From a virus: DNA of 64,000 bases. The stretch spans positions 1-64,000 of the IMG/VR virus record IMGVR_UViG_3300035698_034576; one strand, 5' to 3'. The notes under the pieces were generated by a model. That model saw only the letters and a list, made by a program, of their open reading frames with translations. It was not told where the DNA came from and did no database searches. Positions 57,839 through 64,000 of the stretch are shown here, one piece after another; position 1 is the first letter of the stretch, and every line of letters begins with the position of its first letter. A program made the translations under genes and the position numbers.

Positions 57839-58498
57839 TTAAAAAAATAGCAGTACAGGTTATCTTGTCAATCGCATTGATTGTTGTTACTTATCTATAC
57901 TTCACAAAACCGGTAAAGATATTCAACACTGATCAGGTTGAGATAAATAGATTAAATGATTCAATAAACAAGTTGAAATCTGCTTACAGTTTCCTTCTAG
58001 AAAAAGAAAGCGATAGTCTTGTTGATCTTATTGAAAGGAAGGATTCTGTTATAAGAATAAAGAATGCTAATTACTGGAACTTAAAAAAGGAACATGAAAA
58101 AACTATTATTTCTATTATGGCTATGCCTGACGATTCCATCGTTATCCTTTTCTCAAGACTCACTATCCAATAAAAGGGTTTTTGTAAGCATAGACCAATT
58201 AAGGATAGCTGTTGTAAAAATGGTTAGGCTTGATCAATTGCAAATTGAAGTAGATTCTTTGCTCTGTATAAACAAGAATTTATCAACACTTAACGTAGAT
58301 TATTTTAATCTAGTTAGAATAGAAGAAAAGAAAAATGAAAATTTGCTAAATAGAATTCAATTTTATGAGGAGATTTCTCTAAGAGAGAACGAAAGATATG
58401 AGAACATGGTTAAAGAAAATAAGAAAAAAAGAATCAAACAGGGAGTTGTCGTTTTTGCCGGAGGACTTATACTTGGAATTTTAACTACATTTTTTTAA
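57835..58498 (+). other. overlapping spanin-like gene pair (57835-58173, 58094-58498)
   Basis: N-terminal TM plus coiled coil; signal peptide, coiled coil and C-terminal TM; follows endolysin. Confidence 0.5.
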
Positions 58499-58552
58499 TT
58501 CATTTAAAAAATTTTAATATATTTAATAAATAAATAACTAATAAACAAAGTC

Positions 58553-59146
58553 ATGGACAGAATTTATTTAAGACCCGACGGAACTGTAAATATGGACAGT
58601 AATTACATTCCTCAAGAGGATATGGATATAATGACGAAAAAACATTCTGAGCAACCTACCTCACAATTAGGGACCCCAGGAGAGGTTTCTGTTGTAGGAG
58701 AGTTTGGAACGAAAGATTTTCGTAAAACAGTAATTGCTTTTGACGGTGATCTTGGGGCTATTGCCGGTGGAGCAGACCTTGCTCTCGGAGCATTGATTTA
58801 TACTTTTCCAGCTGGGGTTATCAGAGTAAATTCTGTAAAAGCAAATTTCAGCTTGCAGCAAAAAGATGGAAAAGTAACTGCTGACACTCCAGAGGTTGGA
58901 ATTGGAAGTACCGTTGGAACAGGAGTCACAGACACATTAGCGACCACTACTGATAACATTCTTGCAGGAGTTGCTATTACAGATTGCGACGGGACAGTAG
59001 AAAAAAGAGTTGCTTCATCAACTCATACAGTTTTAGAGGATGCTGCTCATACAGTATTCTTTAATGTTGCTGATGGATGGGCTGCTGATGGTGATGCTGC
59101 CCTCGGATTTACTGGTGAAGTAGTTATTACTTGGGAAATACTTTAA
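58553..59146 (+). CDS. putative virion (decoration-like) protein
   Basis: G/A/T/D-rich beta-type composition, late promoter, next to protease. Confidence 0.5.
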   Translation: MDRIYLRPDGTVNMDSNYIPQEDMDIMTKKHSEQPTSQLGTPGEVSVVGEFGTKDFRKTVIAFDGDLGAIAGGADLALGALIYTFPAGVIRVNSVKANFSLQQKDGKVTADTPEVGIGSTVGTGVTDTLATTTDNILAGVAITDCDGTVEKRVASSTHTVLEDAAHTVFFNVADGWAADGDAALGFTGEVVITWEIL

Positions 59147-59159
59147 TAAAACTAAGCTG

Positions 59160-60155
59160 ATGAAAAGCAATCGGTTCAACTTTTTCGTTCCTGCTACTAT
59201 CTCTAAGTCAAGAGATAGTAGTGGTAATGAAATTATGGAAGTACAAGGAGTTGCCAGCACTATAATGAGAGATCTTGAAGGAGAATCTTTGGATCCATCA
59301 GGGTTTGAAATAGATTACTTTTTAAAGAGCGGACTGTTAAAGTGGGAGCATGGAAAAGACCCAAAGTCTTATATAGGAACCCCAACTGAGGCTAGAGTAA
59401 CCAGTAACAACGAATTTTTTATAAAAGGAAGGCTCTGGAATGACTCTGAAACAGCAAGAAGTGCTTATGAATTAGCCAAGACTTTAGAAAAAAGCAATTC
59501 AGGAAGAAAAATAGGGTGGTCAATAGAAGGAAATTCCCTTGAAAAGAGTGCTGATGGTAAAAATATTCCAAGAGCTAGAATTACAAATGTGGTTTTAACA
59601 ATGAACCCTGTTAACACAAACACATGGGCAGAAATTGTAAAAAGCAATTTTAAAGCCGACTATATAGAGCCAGAATTTGAGAAAAAAACAAATTATCAAG
59701 GGGAAGCTTGTATTTTCAGCTCAATAGAAGGAAATCAAGAAATATCCATTGACACTGACTTTAACATTGTTAAAAAATCTATTGACCCTGACATAATTAA
59801 GAAAGATGAAACTAAGGGAGTTCCAAAAGATTTTTTAAGTGATTTGATAAAAGAGCATGAAAAATTAATTTGGCTATTAAAAGAAGGCACTAAAGAAGAG
59901 ATTGAAGAGGAATTAAAAATTCAACAAAAGGAATTGGAGACTTATAAAAAAGAGTATAACTCTTTGGGTAAAACAATAAGCACTAATTCTGGAGCAGCTT
60001 TAGTAGCAGAAGATGTTGAAGGTTCTCCAAAGGTTTTGGCTAAAAGTGTAAGCTCTGATTGCATACAGAAATCAGTAACTATTCTTATAAATGCTATTTT
60101 GGAAGGAATTTTACCTAAATCTGAGCAAGAAAAGATAAAAAAAGCGATTGCATAA
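59160..60155 (+). CDS. prohead protease
   Basis: GVAST..RDLEGE, KWEH, GWSIEG, LTMNPVN..TWA. Confidence 0.88.
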   Translation: MKSNRFNFFVPATISKSRDSSGNEIMEVQGVASTIMRDLEGESLDPSGFEIDYFLKSGLLKWEHGKDPKSYIGTPTEARVTSNNEFFIKGRLWNDSETARSAYELAKTLEKSNSGRKIGWSIEGNSLEKSADGKNIPRARITNVVLTMNPVNTNTWAEIVKSNFKADYIEPEFEKKTNYQGEACIFSSIEGNQEISIDTDFNIVKKSIDPDIIKKDETKGVPKDFLSDLIKEHEKLIWLLKEGTKEEIEEELKIQQKELETYKKEYNSLGKTISTNSGAALVAEDVEGSPKVLAKSVSSDCIQKSVTILINAILEGILPKSEQEKIKKAIA

Positions 60156-60193
60156 AGAAAAAATATTATATTTAATAAAAAATATCTTTTATT

Positions 60194-61075
60194 ATGAAAG
60201 AGGAAATCATGAAAAGTGTTGAGCTGTCACCAGAAAATATAAAAAAGGCCTATGAAGTTTTAGGAATAGAAGCTCCTATTCTTGAAAAGTCTATTAAGGA
60301 TAAACCTATTGATGAAAAAGAGACCGAAGGCGTTTCGGAAGAGACTGTTAAAAAGGCCTTAGAGGTTGGTGAAAAAAAGGCTCCAGAACCAGAGGTTAAA
60401 CTCAAGGAGGAAGAAGAGAAAGAGGAAGAAGAGAAGGAAAGAGAGGAAGAAGAAGAGAAGGAAGAAAAAAAAATAAGCAAATCTGAAGAGTCAGATATTG
60501 TTAAGCAAGCCTCCCTCAAAGAAGAACTCGCAACTTCTCTTGAAAAATCAATTAATGAAAAATTGAAAGCCCTTGGCCAGATAAATATCGATATTTCAAA
60601 TAAAATTGAAAAATCCCTTAATTTGCTTTCGGAAGTTGATTTTAAATTGCAAAAATCCTCCAAAGAAATTGATGACAGGCTTGAAAAATCCTTAAATGAA
60701 GTCAATTCCAAAATTGAGAAATCTATCAATTCAAAAGCGGAAAGAGACGAAACTATTTTAAAGTCTATAAATGAAATTGAGGATAGAGTTAGAACTATTG
60801 AAAATACTCCTAACACAAGAAAATCAATTACCAACGCATACATTCAAAAAGGAATTTCCCCAGAAAATGAGGAAGCGCCTATTGAGAAGTCTTTGTCCTT
60901 ATCAAGGAACAGAAAAATTATATCTGATTTACTGTTAGAGAAATCAAACTATCAGGGATCAAGTCCAAACGGAGAGTATATGAATGCTCTTATGTCTTTT
61001 GAGGCAACTGGTCAATTATCAAAAGCTGTAATGAATGATTTAAGTAAATCAGAAGGTATTAGATTTACATCGTAA
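60194..61075 (+). CDS. putative scaffold protein
   Basis: Acidic coiled coil between protease and capsid with many (L/I)xKS sites. Confidence 0.75.
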   Translation: MKEEIMKSVELSPENIKKAYEVLGIEAPILEKSIKDKPIDEKETEGVSEETVKKALEVGEKKAPEPEVKLKEEEEKEEEEKEREEEEEKEEKKISKSEESDIVKQASLKEELATSLEKSINEKLKALGQINIDISNKIEKSLNLLSEVDFKLQKSSKEIDDRLEKSLNEVNSKIEKSINSKAERDETILKSINEIEDRVRTIENTPNTRKSITNAYIQKGISPENEEAPIEKSLSLSRNRKIISDLLLEKSNYQGSSPNGEYMNALMSFEATGQLSKAVMNDLSKSEGIRFTS

Positions 61076-61127
61076 AAAATATATAAAGTTTGTAAATTAG
61101 GTTTGTGAATGAATTAAATTTAAAAAA

Positions 61128-62579
61128 ATGAATGAATTATCTGTTGGATTAGACTCCTATATGAGTCAATCCGGAGCAGGTGAAAGCTCACAAGCCGAAC
61201 TTGCCGAACTTCAAAAAGCCTTATCCGCCGGTGCTATCACAGGCAGAGATACTGATGGCTCATCAAGCGCATCTGGAGCCCCTTTAAAAGTTGAATCTTT
61301 GGAAGGCACTCTTAAAGTAATCACCTGGAAAGAATCTGACATCCAGCTATGGAAAAAAGTTCCAAAACTTCCTGCTTATAACACAGTTGAAGAGTACAAT
61401 CAGCTGGTAAGTTATGGCGAAGAAGGCATGGGAGGCTTTAACCTAGAGGGAGAACTTCCTCAAGAAGCTGACTCAGTTTATACCAGACGATCAGAATTGG
61501 TTAAATTCATGGGGGTTACCGGTTCGGTATCTCACCCAATGCAACTTGTAACCACAATGATTGGAGATGTTCTTCAACAGGAGATCAAAAACAAAATTCA
61601 ATGGTTGCTTAAAAAAGCTGACGTTGCTCTTGCTTATGGAGATGCCTCCATAGTACCTCAGCAGTTCAATGGTTTTTACAAACAACATCAAACTGGTGTT
61701 ATGGGTGAAACAGGAACTCTTGCTGATTATTACAACTCTGGCAATACAGTAGATATGGGTGGCAAAATTCTTTCTGAAGCTGGTCTTGAAGACTCTTCTC
61801 TTGGAATTATTGAGAATTTTGGTTACGCCGATTTGCTGATGGGTTCTCCTGAAGTTTTGTCTGGATTTGTTAAAAATTTCCATGACAGTAAATTTATCAC
61901 TCCAAATACTCCATCATTAACTGACGGTGTTATGGGACAAAGGGTGAAAACTTTCATGTCTCAATTTGGTGAGATTGAGCTGTCTTATGATAAATTTTTG
62001 AAAAAACAAAGACCTCGTGCCGCTTCAGCTCCTGCTTTGACAACCGTGAATCCTCTCGCCGCACCAACAGTTACTGCTGCAATTGAAACCTCTACTGCTT
62101 ACTTCTTGAAAGCTGGAGATTACAATTATGCTGTTGCTGCTTTAAACCGTTATGGTGAAGGAGCCATGAGCACTGCTATTTCAGCTGTTACAGCAACTGC
62201 CGGTGATGCAATGGATCTTACTGTTAGTAAGGTGACAAATGCCACTGGATATGTTGTTTATCAGACTGAATTGGATGGTACTATTCTTTACCCGGTCCTC
62301 ACAATTAGTGAAGCTCAAAGAGCTGCTGGTTATGGTGGAGGAACTGCTGGAAAAATCAGAGTTGACGGACGCATTCTAGCCAATACTGAAGAAGCATTCT
62401 TAATTGAGAATTCTGCTCAAGTTTGGTCATTTAAACAACTTGCTCCATTGATGAAAATGGATCTTGCTGTTCTTGCTCCAGCGCAAAGATTTATGGTTCT
62501 GCTTTATGGAACTCCCCAACTTTACGCTCCAAAAAAGATGGTCCGCATCTATAACATTGGGAAAAACCTTCCTTCTTAA
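61128..62579 (+). CDS. major capsid protein (SPO1/Twort-like)
   Basis: LQKALSAG...LKVESLE..LK.IT, TVEEY, QLAPLMKMDLA, LLYG.P.L.APKK. Confidence 0.92.
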   Translation: MNELSVGLDSYMSQSGAGESSQAELAELQKALSAGAITGRDTDGSSSASGAPLKVESLEGTLKVITWKESDIQLWKKVPKLPAYNTVEEYNQLVSYGEEGMGGFNLEGELPQEADSVYTRRSELVKFMGVTGSVSHPMQLVTTMIGDVLQQEIKNKIQWLLKKADVALAYGDASIVPQQFNGFYKQHQTGVMGETGTLADYYNSGNTVDMGGKILSEAGLEDSSLGIIENFGYADLLMGSPEVLSGFVKNFHDSKFITPNTPSLTDGVMGQRVKTFMSQFGEIELSYDKFLKKQRPRAASAPALTTVNPLAAPTVTAAIETSTAYFLKAGDYNYAVAALNRYGEGAMSTAISAVTATAGDAMDLTVSKVTNATGYVVYQTELDGTILYPVLTISEAQRAAGYGGGTAGKIRVDGRILANTEEAFLIENSAQVWSFKQLAPLMKMDLAVLAPAQRFMVLLYGTPQLYAPKKMVRIYNIGKNLPS

Positions 62580-62604
62580 TAGTATTTCCTGATTCTTTAT
62601 AATT

Positions 62605-62637
62605 AAGGCCAGAGCATTTTTGTTCTGGCCTTTTTTT
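62605..62637 (+). terminator. intrinsic terminator
   Basis: AAGGCCAGA / TCTGGCCTT plus T run. Confidence 0.85.
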
Positions 62638-62665
62638 GATTGATTATATTTTGCTATCTTTATAA

Positions 62666-62734
62666 AAATTTGAGGATAGGCAGATTTCGCGACCTGCTGA
62701 AAAGAGGTTGACCTTTATCCTCTTCCTCGAATTT
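62666..62734 (+). other. candidate structured 5' leader RNA
   Basis: Outer stem AAATTTGAGGA/TCCTCGAATTT enclosing two hairpins. Confidence 0.5.
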
Positions 62735-62769
62735 AATAAACAAAAAGGTTTTTAATAAATAAAGGTATT

Positions 62770-62988
62770 ATGAAAAATGTTTACGGGTACATCTACTTAA
62801 CAACAAATCGTGTCAATGGGAAAAGATACGTTGGACAACATAGCTCAATTAAATTAAATATTAAATATTTCGGAAGTGGGATTTATTTAAGAAGAGCTGT
62901 AAAAAGGTTTGGACTACTAAATTTTAAAGTTCAATTGCTTGAGCATTGTTACTCTTTGAAAGAGCTTAATGATAGAGAAAATTATTGG
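62770..62988 (+). pseudogene. GIY-YIG homing endonuclease interrupted by IS
   Basis: GYIY.TTN..NGK.YVGQ, YFGSG, ELNDRENYW then IS sequence. Confidence 0.85.
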
Positions 62989-64000
62989 GTGAACTACCCA
63001 CCCACGCCAGAGGCGATATGTTGGGCTTCAAGGGTCAGTACTCCACGTAACCGTGGCAGTTCGCCTTGATTTTTCCTGTCAGTTCCTGACAAGTAATTTT
63101 TTAAAGCAAAAGATTTTATGTTATTAGCAGCCAAAATATCTCTATCGTGTGTAACTCCACAAGATTTGCAAGTCCAAGTTCTATCGGACAATTTCAAGTC
63201 TTTGCTGATTACTCCACAAGAGCAAGTTTTTGATGATGGAGCAAAACGTCCTATTCTAAGAATGTTTTTGCCGTACCAATCAGCTTTGTATTCTAACATA
63301 GTTACAAAAGTTGACCAGCTTACATCTGAAATTGCTTGTGCTAAACAATGATTTTTAACCATGTTTTTTACTGTCAAGGTTTCCAAGCAAATCGTTTGGT
63401 TCTCACGAATTAGCTTAGTAGAAGTTTTATGCAAAAAATCTTTACGTTTATTTGCTACTTTTTCATGTAGCAAGGCAAGACGTTGTTTAGTGCGCTTACC
63501 TTTGGTCTTTGAATATTTTCGTTGTACATATTTTAGTTTGCTTTGTGCTTTTCGCAGATATTTAGGGTTTTCAAATACCTCTTCCTCAGAAGTGATAGCG
63601 AAGTCTTTAATTCCTAAATCTATTCCAATTGTTGTACTTTCCTTAATAGGGGCTTTAATTGGTATCTCCTCATTTGTACTAACCAATATAGAAGCGAAAT
63701 ACTTACCAGTTGGGGTAACACTTATAGTTGCACTTTTAATAATTCCTTTAATTGGGCGATGCAAAATGATTTCAATGCCCTCTTTAAACTTAGGGATTAT
63801 CAACAAGTCATTTTCAACTATTACATTTTGCGGCACTGAAAAGGATTGTCCACCTTTATGCTTTGATTTGAACTTTGGAAAACCAGCCCCTTTAAAGAAT
63901 TTCTTAAAAGCAATCTCCATATTTTGGATAGATTGCTGTAAAGATTGGCTATTTACTTCTTTCAACCACTCACACTCTTTTTTAAGTTCTGGAAGCTGTT
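62989..64000 (-). mobile_element. IS200/IS605-family element, right end in window
   Basis: Minus-strand end ...GGGTGGGTAGTTCAC at 62989, directly after tnpB. Confidence 0.85.
62994..64000 (-). CDS. tnpB: TnpB RNA-guided endonuclease (5' part beyond window)
   Basis: IGIDLG, ICLETL, SSKTCSCG...WTCKSCG..HDRD..AA.NI; frame open to window edge. Confidence 0.95.
   Translation of the reverse strand, partial: QLPELKKECEWLKEVNSQSLQQSIQNMEIAFKKFFKGAGFPKFKSKHKGGQSFSVPQNVIVENDLLIIPKFKEGIEIILHRPIKGIIKSATISVTPTGKYFASILVSTNEEIPIKAPIKESTTIGIDLGIKDFAITSEEEVFENPKYLRKAQSKLKYVQRKYSKTKGKRTKQRLALLHEKVANKRKDFLHKTSTKLIRENQTICLETLTVKNMVKNHCLAQAISDVSWSTFVTMLEYKADWYGKNILRIGRFAPSSKTCSCGVISKDLKLSDRTWTCKSCGVTHDRDILAANNIKSFALKNYLSGTDRKNQGELPRLRGVLTLEAQHIASGVGG

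Noticed and set aside
1-62990. Minus-strand ORFs in the track
   Set aside because: Nearly all are shadows of + strand genes with S/F/L-rich antisense composition; only tnpB is credible.
1-64000. Genome-wide stop codon reassignment (TAG or TGA)
   Set aside because: Long genes are intact in code 11, many genes end in TAG or TGA with coupled starts, and the few internal stops imply different amino acids.
1-64000. CRISPR array, tRNA or rRNA genes
   Set aside because: No regularly spaced repeats or cloverleaf recognised by eye; tRNAscan was not run.

Overview
AT-rich, densely coding, almost entirely + strand segment of a large tailed phage. The head module is SPO1/Twort (Herelleviridae)-like; promoter shape, lack of Shine-Dalgarno sites and a lipoprotein suggest a Bacteroidota host (inference). 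Layout: early small genes and NAD ligase (1-3.6 kb); replication/recombination (DnaE in pieces, SSB, SbcCD, RecA, RuvC, RNase H, SNF2; 4.6-19.4 kb); class II ribonucleotide reductase with two inteins, one split (19.7-24.5 kb); accessory small ORFs (24.5-40 kb); portal plus putative head-packaged proteins (36.9-55 kb); lysis cassette led by receiver and PAS genes; prohead protease, scaffold, major capsid; a GIY-YIG gene broken by an IS200/IS605 tnpB element. Best candidates for undescribed biology: (1) three tandem integron-type cassettes with attC-like ends and no integrase in the window (32.5-33.4 kb); (2) eight proteins sharing an N-terminal tag behind a protease-site-like motif, fused to unrelated cargo; (3) a DnaE whose catalytic PDIDTD motif is cut by GAC-TAG-C-GAT and whose halves carry a non-splicing HINT-like module; (4) a receiver+PAS pair heading the lysis operon. 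All calls come from reading motifs by eye; no database was searched. Several in-frame stops and frameshifts could be assembly errors.
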